A stretch of DNA of 63,957 nt, the filler included, from Octopus bimaculoides (Eukaryota): assembly GCF_001194135.2 (NCBI RefSeq). It is 5 parts of 5 records of this genome, joined end to end, with 100 filler letters (N's around TTAATTAATTAA, not from the genome) between each part and the next. Parts side by side here need not be neighbours in the genome. Positions count along the whole stretch, not along the records: positions 18,910 to 48,588 come from NC_068994.1; 4 more parts are not named here. The stretch is one strand, 5' to 3'. The position numbers and the translations under genes are program-made. Shown one piece after another: positions 24,446-36,800 of the stretch (position 1 is the first letter of the stretch; every line of letters starts with the position of its first letter). The notes under the pieces were generated by a model, which saw only the letters and a program-made list of their open reading frames with translations, was not told the origin of the DNA and made no database searches.

Positions 24446-24572
24446 GTCACATAATTCTTAACATTAACCGTTCAAATGTTTGTTAAAATTTTCTGTACAA
24501 CATAACAATTTTTCTTAGCTACTAAATTTTATAAAACTGAATGATTAAATGCTACTAAAAAAATCATGTATG

Positions 24573-24579
24573 ACTTACT
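24573..24579 (-). other. Phase-0 splice donor CAA|GTAAGT ending the protocadherin exon
   Basis: Perfect GTAAGT four codons before the ORF stop. Confidence 0.75.
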
Positions 24580-26996
24580 TGGTATGTGCTATCTGCTACT
24601 GTCTTCAGTTGAAAATCTGAAGTAGCACCTTCATAGTTGAAATTTTGGTTAAACTCTGTTTGAGATTCTTTCCTTAGTGATGCTACTTTTGAACTCTGGC
24701 TGCTACATGGGTGCTTTAATATAGGGACAGGGACATCATATTCAGGACACATCAACTCAGTTGCACATTCAGATTGTCTTTTGTCTCCAATGAATTCATT
24801 ATTCGTATCTGTCCTATAACCATACTGGACATCACTATGATTCTGTCTTTGAACAACACAGACTATTATAGAGACTACAATAGCTGTAGATATTATCACA
24901 GCAGCTATCACAATTATTACTACTAAACTGATATGTATCATATCATCTGACTCAGTGTGTTGAGCTGTGTAAAGCTGAGAAGTGCTGTTGCTGACTGTTA
25001 GAGTCAGAAATACAGTAGTAGTTGATGATAATACTGGAGTACCACTGTCTTTGACAACAAACTGAAGGTCATATGACCCAGCATCATTTTGGTAAACTGG
25101 ACGAGAGAAAGACAATACTCCAGTATAAGGATTAATAATGAATAACTGTTTGTGGTTTCCTCTTATTATTTCATATCTGAGGAAAGCATTCACATGGCTG
25201 TCTCTGTCAGAAGCTCTTAATGTTGTAACGTCATTGTTGCTTTGTGGTTCATAATGGATATCAAGATTGAAAGGGCTAACACTCGGAAATGTAAAATATG
25301 GAGCATTGTCATTCTCATCCATAACTTCAATAATAACATTAGTGGTATTATTGAGCAACGGAATTCCACTATCTCTCACTAAAGCCTGGAATTCATAAAT
25401 ATTCTGCTTTTCGCGGTCCAGTGGCTGCAATGTTGAAATAAATCCAAAATTCGAAATCTTGAAAGGAACAACTTGATTCTTTTTACTGAATAAAGAATAC
25501 ATCAATTGACCTCCAAGTCCTAGATCAGGATCTGTAGCATTAATGAAACCAACAGGAAAATTTGGCTTTTCATTCTCATAAGTCAGAAATTTGAATGTAT
25601 CTTTAGTGAATTGTGGCTTTTCATCATTGACATCCATCACTTGGATGGAAAATCTGCGTTGTGTTTTCATTGGTGGCGATGCTTTGTCCTTACAAGTAAT
25701 GGTAAAATCAATATTGCTTTTTTCTTCTCTATCAATTCTATTCTTAACCAAAATCTTATATTTCTTTCTGCCCAGACTTTGAAGCAGTAATATATTATGG
25801 TGGAGGCTGCAGCTGACCTCACCATTTGACCCCACATCATTGTCTGTTATTTTCACATAAGCTATAAAACTTCCAACTTCGATGCCTTCAGAAATAGTAG
25901 CGACATTTCCTAGTGATTCTGAGATAAAGTTCATATCTATAACTGGAGCATTGTTCTTTTCACTGACCAAATTTACAATTACCATAGCAGTGGAACTTAA
26001 TGGAGGATTGCCTCCATCTTTTGCTTCTATCTGAAGAATCTGTACTTGTTTTTGAGCTAAAGATGGTGTTTTAAGTAAGAAAATTTCTCCTGTGGTCTTT
26101 TTTAATTCAAAACAAGTTTTGACAATATTTGCTGTTTTTGAACCAAAAAAATATGAAACTTTGCCATTTTGCCCCAGATCATTATCTGTTGCCGATAAAA
26201 TTACTATTGGAGTGTCTCTTCTATGTTTAGTACTAACAGACACATTATAAATATTCTGAGAGAAAATGGGTGGATTGTCATTTACATCCGTAACATTTAT
26301 ATGAACATTTAATACACTCTGCATTGGTGGATAGCCTTCATCTATGGCAATGATTTGTACCAAATATTTATCTTTTACTTCTCTGTCCAGTTTCTTCTCC
26401 AACATTATTTCCAATTTTGAAGTACCAAATCTTTTTTTAGTAACTGAAAGTGTAAAAGGTTCATTTGCATATTTCCGTAGCTGATAATTAATTTGAGAAT
26501 TAATTGTTGCCATATCTTTGTCAATTGCATTTGGAATAGATATTTTTGATCCTTTGCTGTCTCTTTCAGAAAATTTGATGTGAATTTCTTCACTTGGAAA
26601 CTCTGGTTTGTTATCATTGATATCTTCAATAAACACTTTTATTTCTATTATTTTTATAAACGACTCCTTTTTCCGAACTGCAACTTCCACCATTTTGAAA
26701 CAATCTGTGTTGTATTTACAAAGAGATTCAGCATCTAATTCTTTAGCAGTGTACAGTTTTCCTGATTTTGAAACGTTAAACAACTCTGAGCCTCTGTCTG
26801 TACCTTGTTTTAATCGACTAAACCAGATTTGCTTTGTCTCTGACCTGGATAAGCTATCTAGGAACTGTGTGCTGTGTGCAATATCTCCAACTTTACTATC
26901 TATATTTTGGTTTTCCTTTACTCTGAAGATGACCTCTGCACATATTAATGTGTGCAGCAATGAAAAAATTAGACATGTTTCTAGAATCTCAATCAT
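24579..26996 (-). CDS. Protocadherin (cephalopod-type), large coding exon: signal peptide, EC1-EC6, TM, proximal cytoplasmic region
   Basis: 806 codons to the GTAAGT donor (810 aa if read through to the stop at 24564). Cadherin motifs DINDNKPEF, LDRE, DVNDNPPIF, IDRE, DVNDEKPQF, DENDNAPYF, A-D-D and DxG; TM ISLVVIIVIAAVIISTAIVVSIIVCVV (about 24853-24935). No specific paralogue symbol can be assigned. Confidence 0.95.
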
Positions 26997-27058
26997 TTTT
27001 AATGGAAGTGACAGATAGCATCACAGTAAAATGTCTAAATGAATCCATCAACATTTAA

Positions 27059-27080
27059 CCTGAAATTTAATGAAAAATAA
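27059..27080 (-). other. Splice acceptor upstream of the protocadherin ATG (implies an upstream non-coding exon)
   Basis: Minus strand TTATTTTTCATTAAATTTCAG|GTTAAATG; AG at 27061-27060, 63 nt before the ATG. Confidence 0.65.
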
Positions 27081-27864
27081 GATTTTAGAATTAATTATTT
27101 AAGCAATTTTCAATAAACATATCAAAATATGCAACAATAACTCAATCCAAATCTAGACTTTCATCAGAAGACTATAAAGAAAAAATTTTAAAATAGCTGT
27201 AATTTCTATGATTTCCTTCATCGGAAAAAACTAAATATCAAGAAAATAATTAAGAATTTCCAATATTGGTAAATTTTCATTTTTTTTAATTTTTATAATT
27301 GAACATTATTTTTCTTTTTAAAATTTTGAAGTCTAGAATGTTTTGAAGTTAATATATCTCTTGATGCATTTACGTCAATACCTATTGATATATATTGTAG
27401 GATGGGCAACATGTTTGATCATCTTTGATTTTTAAAGTATTCTATAGCATTAAAGATGTTGTTGATTATCTAAAAAATTTTAATGATTATTTTGAGGGAG
27501 CAACTTTTTAAGTTAGGTACAGACTGTGAAAAAAGGGTTACAATAGCTCTGCATTATTGTAAAACTTAAAGGAATAGAATTAATATTGAATATTGAATAT
27601 TTGCAGCACAGTTGCAAAACTGTAAAAGCGAAAATACTATTACTTATAGTTCAGTTTAATTTATGTAGGATCTTGCTGATTCGACAAGGTAGTTGTGTGG
27701 ATGGGCAGTTCTTATTGGTCACTTCCACTTAGCAATCCTTGATGCAGGTATGTGCCTCTTGACCCTACAAAGCTGGTGACTCCTCAATGTGTCAATGTGC
27801 CACTTCTACCTTGCCCATCCACATGTGAGCACCCTCGCCATCGCTGTCAAAAAAAAAAAAATGG

Positions 27865-28292
27865 CATAGGCATGACTGTGTGGTAAGAAGTTTGCTTCAC
27901 AATCATGTAGTTCCAGGTTCAGTCCCACTGTGTGGCACCTTGGGCAAGTACCTTCTATTATATCCTCGGGAAAACCAAAGCTTTATGAGTGGATTTGGTT
28001 GATAGAAACTGAAAGAAACTCATCACATATATGTGTGTGTTTGTGTATGTGTGTGCGTGTGTATACCTATGTGTGTGTCTCTCTGTCTGTATTTGTCCCC
28101 CACCATCACAGCTTGAGAACTGGTGTTGGTGTGTCTACATCCCTATAACTTACTGGTTCAGCAAAAGAGACCAATAAAATAAGTACTAGGCATAAGAAAT
28201 TAGTCCTGGATTCAATTTGTTTGACTAAAACCCTTCAAGGTGGTGCTCCAGCATGGCTGCTGTCAAATAACTGAAACAAGTGAAAGAAACAA
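27865..28292 (+). mobile_element. SINE family A, full-length, CpG-decayed
   Basis: GGCATAGGCATGACTGTGTGGTAAG...GGTTCAGTCCCACTG...CTGAAACAAGTGAAAGAAACAAG. Confidence 0.85.
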
Positions 28293-30060
28293 GAACAAAA
28301 GAATATATTTATATTTATAAAAACAAACAGTTCTCCCACCTATCTTACAATAAATATTTTCAGTAAGTTCAGTTTCTAAGCATAGCTAAAATTTCCAGTA
28401 TCACTATCTAGTTTAAATGATAAAAGATCTGAAGCGTTGAAAAACTGAGATTCCAATTTGAAAACACAAATTTCTGATCTTGTTTATAAAAATTGATACC
28501 TATTATAGAACTACTAAGTAGCTATATACATTTAAGAAAAATAAAGATAAAAAATACTGTCAGATGTTTGATAATCTAACTGATAAGAAAATATCTGTTT
28601 TTTTCTTTTTTCCTATAAAGAAAAAATACATAAAAAACAACTTTTTCTTGTTGATAAAAAAATATAAACAAATACTGATATCAAAACAATTCCTATTTAC
28701 CAAATGTAAATTCTTCCACTCTTCAGAAATCAAAAATCAGAAATATTAAAACTAATTTCTAGATGAGTTTGTTTATGCATAGAATTGCTTATATTTTTCT
28801 TATTATTTTTTCTTTTCTTGTTACACAAAACTAGACAGGATTATTGATATTGCATCTAAAGAGACAAGAAATTTCTCTCTTTAGCTGGCACCAGCCAACA
28901 TAATCAATTACCTATAATCTTGATGTTGCAGAATTCCATGAAATACCGCTAGGAGATATAGATATCTGGTTTCCAGTAGAAATATTTGACAAACTTAGTG
29001 TAAAGCAGATGGTTATTTTTGTATTTTTGTATTTTTGTATTATCTTTGTCTATACCCTAATTGATCGATAATGATATGTGGAAAATATACTGACAGTAAC
29101 ACTGAAAATGCAGTTAGTTGATGATGTGCTAGAAATAGCAGTCAAATCTTTCTTAAATTACAACCTGTATTCTTAAAAATTATAAAAACAAGAAAAGACA
29201 GAATGAATGTAATAGCTTTATATACATACATACATATATATGTATATATATATATACATATGAGATGTCCACAGCTAGAATGCATTTGATCTGTGCTGAC
29301 CTGTGGTTAAACAACACCACCATCACCAATAGCAACAGCAATAACAAAACATGCTTACTAAACCAACTAGAAATATTAACCAAATCATCTTTAAATCACA
29401 TTCTGCTGTCTTGAATAACTAAAGGATGAATCGTGTAATAATGTAGTCGTAAATATCCCTGAAAAGGCAGGATGGTCAATTCTCAAACTAACATCTACTG
29501 TCTGCTCAATTAGGACAGATCTGAAGTTAAACCACAACACAAGCAACAACACCAATACCAATAAGACCACCACCAAATACAAAATGAAAACTTTACATTT
29601 TCAAACTAATTAAAACTTCTCTTCTTCATCAATTATGTTTCTATCCAAAAAAGACAGTAAATTATCGGATCCATGGATGGAAACATTGGATAGTAATATG
29701 TCACAGTATTTACTCTGACTTTTTGTACTTTGAGTTCAAATCCTGTCAAGGCCATCATCACCTTTTGTCCTTTAGGAGTTAATAAAAAAGTACCAAATCA
29801 AGATGGTAGATTGGTGGAACTGCAAGAATGTTGGGCTGGATGTATTGTGTTGTTTGTTCCTGATCTTTGTATTCTGTGTTCAAATCTCATGGCTTACTTG
29901 GGTATAAAGTTAGTCCATTAGTTGGTTTAACCCTACTGACACCCAAGGCTCCATTCTGTTGCAAGCATTTGTACCCTGTCACTCGCTTAAGGATAAAATT
30001 GTCACTCCAACCAATCTCAGAGACTCTATAAAATATCATGTACTCAACATTCCCTCTTGG

Positions 30061-30142
<82 letters not shown>

Positions 30143-30199
30143 ATATTAGGTATGCTGGTACTTGAAAATACCTCATGGACTGATGACCTTGCTCTGAAA

Positions 30200-31250
30200 A
30201 TAATACTAAATGCCCCTTCCTCCACCTTAGCCGCCCATCAGCTACCCACTTACGGGCGAAATGCAAATCTCCTGTATGGGAAACATAGGAATGTGAGTAA
30301 ATTAAGGAAAGAAATAAGTGGGGTGGGGTACGCAAATGTCATGCTGGACATGCTAGAAACAACAGGTAAAGGACAGGATTATTGCAATAACTTCCTTGTA
30401 AGATTAAATAGAAGATCAGGTTTTAAAATACGCACATCTCAAACAAGAATGACAGAATAGGAAAAGATAATTTCCATAGGATTTGAGCTGTAATTTAGCA
30501 CACAGCAAAAAATAACATAATTCATATAGAACTTTAACTCTGTGTGTGTGTGTGTGTGTGCCAAAGGAAGCAATTTTTGCATACCTTTCTTAATTCCAAA
30601 AGAATGAAATGTAGTGAAGTTGTAATATGTTAACAGCAGAAGGTCTCCATACATTATAATGAGAAATTGAAAGAGAAAGATAATGCCTAATTCTATGCAT
30701 GCATGAAACATGGGACGGAAGTGAAAATGACCTTAAAATAGTACGAGACAACTTCATTTCTGAGGTTCTCGGCGTCCCCTTCTCTCCCGCTTTCCCACTC
30801 TCTTTGTGTCGGCTCTCTTTCACTTTCACCTATAGAAGATACATAGAGTATGTACGTCAGTGTCTGTCTCTCATCTGCTATCTGTCTTTCAACTTTTCCT
30901 TTAGAAACTTGTTTTCTGTTTCTGTTTCTTTCTCTTGTCTCTCTCTGTCTTTTTTCTCATTCTGCATTTCACTCAGTCATTCCATAATAATTAATCTCTT
31001 TATGCTTTGAAGAGAGCAGAAATTGAAAGAAAAGAGAAAACGAAAAAGGGAGAGAGAGCAAAGAGGGAAGGAAATAAGAAAGTGAAAGATGTATGGACAC
31101 GTATATGAAATAAACATGTGTGTGTCTGTCTGCAAGTGGGAGACAGAGTGAGTGAGTGAAGGTGTGTGTTATGATGATGGTTGTCTTTTAAGGTACACAC
31201 ACAAAGAAAATGTGACGTCATCATCATTGCCGTCATATAAAATGTTTACA
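30200..31250 (-). promoter_or_regulatory. Candidate protocadherin promoter / non-coding first exon
   Basis: Unique, locally CpG-retaining sequence with CCGCCC (30231), ATGCAAAT (30261), GGGGTGGGG (about 30320), CGGAAGTG (30716) and TGACGTCA (31213), plus a minus-strand GTAAGT donor at 30253-30248. Motif-level evidence only. Confidence 0.3.
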
Positions 31251-31603
31251 ATAGTTCACTTATGGAAAAGATTATAATTTTAAATTCTTGTAATGCAAAT
31301 ATATCAATAAAAAATAAAGTTTAATTGATAGGGGAAATAGTACTGAATCTTTTGATATTTCATACATCGAAATCAGCAACTCAGTTTTGGAATGGATAAG
31401 GAACGCATGCACACACACATACAAATTCTCTTTTATAGATATAAATATACACACACATGTATACATAAATATACATATATATTTACGTACATATTTATGT
31501 ATACATATTTATACACACACACATTTATATATACATACATACATATATATATGTGTATATATATATGTGTATATATATATGTGTATGTATCTCTCTCTCT
31601 CTC

Positions 31604-31641
<38 letters not shown>

Positions 31642-31675
31642 TACACACACACACACACACACGCANNNNNNNNNN

Positions 31676-31742
<67 letters not shown>

Positions 31743-32031
31743 ACTAACATTCATTCTACCACCCATGGCAAGATTTGAATACATGATATAAAGAACTGGT
31801 GAAAATATTTTATAGCTCCCAGTCTGATGTTCCTTACAGTTTTGCCATCCTCTGCTCTAGATTGGTACTTTTTTATCAACTCCAAAACAGGAAATGCAAA
31901 ATTGACCTTAGTAAGATTTGAACTGAGAGGGTAGAGAGCCAGGTCAAACACTGCAAGGCATTTTATTCAACAGTCAAATGACTCTGATTATGTGCCACCT
32001 ATACAGGGTTGTTGGACAAGATACCTTATGG

Positions 32032-32671
32032 CAGTATTTCTCAACTATTTTTTTACCTATGGACTCCTTTGATTCCTATTTTACTCTAGTGGACCCTCAT
32101 AGCCATTTGCTGTATATAAAAAAAGTCTTACTGTATTTTTATGATGAAATATTATTCGGAATTAGTCTTATGCTGCCAACTTAATGTGACAGTCCCCTGA
32201 AAAGAATAATACGACTGTTGGTTAGACCTAGGAAGCTGCACCACTTCCTGTCAGCCTTGACACATTTCCTGTTTCCTTATGTTTACAAGAGGGAGATGCT
32301 TGTATCCCCCTTGTAAACATAAGGACACAGGAAATGTGTCAAGACCGACAGGAAGTGGTGCAGCCTCCTAGGTCTAACCAACAGTAGTAGTATTCCCTTC
32401 AGCGAACTGCCACATTAAGTTGACAGCATACAACTACTTCATCGCATCACTACTGCATAAATCTCTCTGAGAGATTAAGAAATGTATTATTTCTTATTAG
32501 GAATTGTTCAAAACAAAGCTTGAAATATTTTGTGTATTGTAGAACTATACCAGATTATTGTAGATAAATTTTAACAGCAAAACCTTAAATGGACCCCACT
32601 AAGGGTCACATGAACCCCTAAGGGCCAAATAGATCCCCAAAGGTCTCATGGACCCTAATTGAGAGCCACTG
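32032..32671. mobile_element. hAT-type MITE with 8-bp target-site duplication
   Basis: TIRs CAGTATTTCTCAAC / ATTGAGAGCCACTG; flanks CCTTATGG (32024-32031) and CCTTATTG (32672-32679) are 7/8 identical. Confidence 0.75.
32169..32430. repeat. 262-bp near-perfect inverted repeat inside the MITE
   Basis: Arms of about 125 bp (e.g. CTGTTGGTTAGACCTAGGA / TCCTAGGTCTAACCAACAG) around a loop of about 6 nt (GCTTGT). Confidence 0.9.
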
Positions 32672-33018
32672 CCTTATTGTGTGCTTTTTAGCACTTTGTA
32701 TTCTAAATTAAAATTTCACCTTCTATTACTGGCTTCCATGTGACAAAAGGAGCTTTTCGGACATGGCTAACAGTGATTGAGGTCCAATAACAGACAGTTT
32801 AACACTTCAGTTTGAGTGACATTTCACATCCAGCAATATATATGATTGCAGACTTTACACGGAGGCAGGAAAATAACTAAGACAAATAAAAAAACAAAAA
32901 AAAATAAAATAAAAAGTTGAGAAGGAGTAAGTTGTTGACTTCACACATGTAAAGTTAAATGTTTTGTGTTGTTGTTGTCGTTGTTGCTTGGTCTTACACA
33001 AATTCTGGTCAAGTAGCC

Positions 33019-33057
<39 letters not shown>

Positions 33058-33457
33058 TATTTATATATATATATATTATTTACATTATATACATTTGACG
33101 GATATTCATCCTCATCTTGTTTGTTGTTAACACAACGTTTCGGCTGATANNNNNNNNNNNNNNNNNNNNNNNNNNNNNNNNNNNNNNNNNNNNNNNNNNN
33201 NNNNNNNNNNNNNNNNNNNNNNNNNNNNNNNNNNNNNNNNNNNNNNNNNNNNNNNNNNNNNNNNNNNNNNNNNNNNNNNNNNNNNNNNNNNNNNNNNNNN
33301 NNNNNNNNNNNNNNNNNNNNNNNNNNNNNNNNNNNNNNNNNNNNNNNNNNNNNNNNNNNNNNNNNNNNNNNNNNNNNNNNNNNNNNNNNNNNNTATATAT
33401 ATATATATATATATATACATATATATTTATATATATATATATGTATATGTATATAAA

Positions 33458-33782
33458 GGAGCACTCCATTGGTTATGACAATGCGGGTCCCAGCTGGTAC
33501 AATCAATGGAACAGCTTGCTCATGAAATTAATGTGCAAGTAGCTGAGCACTCCACAGACACATGTACCCTTAACATAGTTCTCAGGGATATTCAGCGTGA
33601 CACAAAGTATGACAAGGCCAACCCTTTAAAATACATGTGTTACTCATTTTTGCTAGCTGAGTGGACTGGAGCAATGTGAAATAAAGTGTCTTGCTCAAGG
33701 ACACAGCGTGTCGCTGGGAATTAAACTCACGACCTTACATTCGGGAGCCGAATGCCTGAACCACTAAGCCACGTGCCTTCAT
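33458..33782 (-). mobile_element. tRNA-head SINE family C
   Basis: Minus strand: GAAGGCACGTGGCTTAGTGG...GTGAGTTTAATTCCC...TGTGTCCTTGAGCAAGACACTTTATTTCACATTGCTCCAGTCCACTCAGC. Confidence 0.85.
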
Positions 33783-33820
33783 GATATATATATATGAATA
33801 TAGATACAGATATAGATAAA

Positions 33821-33855
<35 letters not shown>

Positions 33856-36800
33856 TTTGGCTTATATGTATGTGGGCATGTATGTATGTATTTATGTATG
33901 TATGCATATATACATGTATGCACATATATGTTCTCTTTGTTTACAGTCTGCACTGAGCTAAGTGATAGACAATGCTGTTTGTTGACATTTCCCAAACAGC
34001 AAGTAGCCCTGCACTTTCAAAGATATGTGGAATAAAAATTTCATTACCTGATAAAAAGTAAAAATTAGCAGCATGAAAGACATCCAGACATAAAACAATG
34101 TCTCAATAATATGTATTCATCTAACCCATGCTAACATGAAAAAATGAATGTAAAATGAATGAAAGGGCATTCAAAATTATTATACAAATTGTCACGTTTT
34201 TTTTCTTTTAAGATGGTAATGTATATAGTTTGAAGAAAATTTAGCTGCTTTTTCTAGCTTGATGACTATTCATTGATCCAAGAATGTTCTTGTAATCTAT
34301 TTTTACATTCTCTGACTTAAGTGTTCAAATACATTTGGTGACAATGCTGATTTTTTACCACCTCAAAAATATAAAGACATATATATAAGACATATATATA
34401 AAGACATATATATTTTGCTCTACCTGCTAGAAAGAGCAGCCATATTCCCCACAACTTATATTTGACTATCTTAAACAGGAAGGACACATTACAAAATGTA
34501 ATACTAGATAGATATATCATGTCTGAAAATAAGGAGATATGGGCATGGGAGGAAAGGTATTGATTATACATGAGCTTAAGCAGAGTAGAGCTGATGCTAA
34601 ACAATAGTAACAAATGGATTTGTCAAAGAAATCAATATTTCAAATGAGTTACTTGTGAAATATAAATATTATTTCAAGTGCAATTTATTTCAAATTTATT
34701 TGAAAAAAAAAAAAAGATGTAAAACCCACATTTCAAATATTTTATTTTGTCAAAAAATATGTTTCATCCTTTAAATACAGCTGGTTATTTGATTGACTGG
34801 CCAATTGATAATTCATCAAATACAAGCAATACATGTGTTTAATATTAGCTGTTTGTTGTATAGATGGCATGGCATCCACTCTGGAACTAAATGTGTAATT
34901 GATGCTGGATTATTGAGAATGGAAGAGGAGGAGAAATAGTGGAGTGTTCTATGGTATTTTATGAAAGTCTTTATGTCCTAAATCTTAATCCTAGTCTGGT
35001 TGATCTAGCTGATTAGTTCTCTAGGGTTGTTAAAATATATATTAGTATATATGCATCTATCAGTGCAACAGACAGTGCTCTGAGCTGACAATAGTGTTTT
35101 TACACTCTTTTGTCTTAAGCAAGAATTTTTCTCCTCGACAAACTGCAGTGTAAAGCTTTTACAGGTTCAAATCTTTCTCAGATATATTTGAATTGGTCTG
35201 AAGATTGTATTCAATCTGTCATTGCTTCATGTACCTCCTCACATATATGCTCTGTACCTCCTCACATATATGTTCTAGCTTACTGACCAATGTGCACTAT
35301 CAGTCAACGATATTGACTGATTTATGATAAAGGAAGTGAAGCTTTCTAGTTATCACAGAGTTGCCTCTCTTGGTATCTGGTACTAAAGAGTTTGAATGCA
35401 TCCATCTGTCTAATAGAAAACACTCTGAGCTGACACTTTTATTTTTCTTGAGAAGACATTTAACTATACATATTGCAGTTTTGTAATTTCATGTATAAAT
35501 AGTAGTCACAAAGGATTGGTCAAGTTGAAGTATGGTAGAAGACACTTGCTGATGGTACCATGCAGAAGGATTGAATGTTGAACTACCTGATTATGAAACA
35601 AGCATGTTAACCACACATCCATATGTATTTGTTTGTGTGTGTGTGTGGTTATGCTACCTTCCACCGTCCTTGACTAGGCCTATGTATGAGAGACATATTG
35701 GTTCATCGTCCTCTACCTGTGCTTGTCTTTCCTTCCTCCACCCATCTCCCCAGTCAGGGTCCACATCTCATCATCATGTAGCATAGCTGTTCATATGCAC
35801 ACATGCACACACACACACACGCATGCACACACATTATTCAAATACATATATACACACACGTATGCATACACATATTGAAAGCTGAAAAACTTTCCAATTC
35901 ATTATTCTGAATTTTGTAACCTATCTGTGAATGGCTGTAATGAATAGAAGAAGTGCAACAAAGATATATATAGTAGAATATGCAGGAATTATTTTAATGT
36001 CCATAATAAGTTTTGATTGGATGTTTTAAAAACTATTGCATCTCATCCACTATCAAAAATATTGGGAAAATATAGTAGGAATGAGTAAGGAGATATAAAG
36101 TATACACACAGAAATCAGATTTTTCATGCAGCATTGCTAACCTTAATCAAATTTCTACTAAAGATTATTTGGTGTTGATAGTTTGTTGGTAAGTTAAAGT
36201 TAATTAGATTTAGAAACTTGTTTGCTATATTAGTTCTCATGCTCACACTATATACAAATATTGTTATAATTTTTAAAATAGGCATAGAAATTTCGTGCAT
36301 GGAAAAATTGCATGTATGAGGAGCAAAATTTAAAATGTATAGTGGTGACAGTGTCAATAAAATATAAAATTAGAACTGTGTATAGTATGCAAAGGTAATA
36401 ATAAAGAGTTAAACACGAAAAATCAGAAAGGAAACAGAAAACAACAAATATTTCTGTGATATCCAACAATTTTCAGCAATTTCTAAAAGCTTATGGTATT
36501 ATTTGTTTGGGATTTTGTAATGATAATAAGTAGTTCGAAGTGTGTTAACAAGTTGATGACAGTTCAAATCTTAAATTCAGAGCTCGGAATTTTGGAACAA
36601 GATAAGTAATTTCTCAATTATACATAAAAGGCAACCCAATTGCAACTGAAAACTTTGTTTACAATGAATTAAATTGAGCAAAATGCTAGCTTTATTGTTA
36701 AAACTTATATTTTTATAGAATAATTTGTATACAGTTTGGGTAAAAGTTGTATTCGTTTGTTTCTTAATTCAAAATAATATCTGAAAATTAATAATAGTAA

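Noticed and set aside
26608-27018. Overlapping ORFs at 26608-27018, 26405-26629 and 25591-25782
   Set aside because: Antisense or off-frame shadows of the protocadherin.
30170-30215. CTGATGA...GAAA hammerhead-like spacing
   Set aside because: No helix II or III pairing and no valid UH site with helix I.
35230-35275. 23-bp tandem duplication (also 19-bp at about 3992-4029)
   Set aside because: Ordinary slippage duplications with no further signal.
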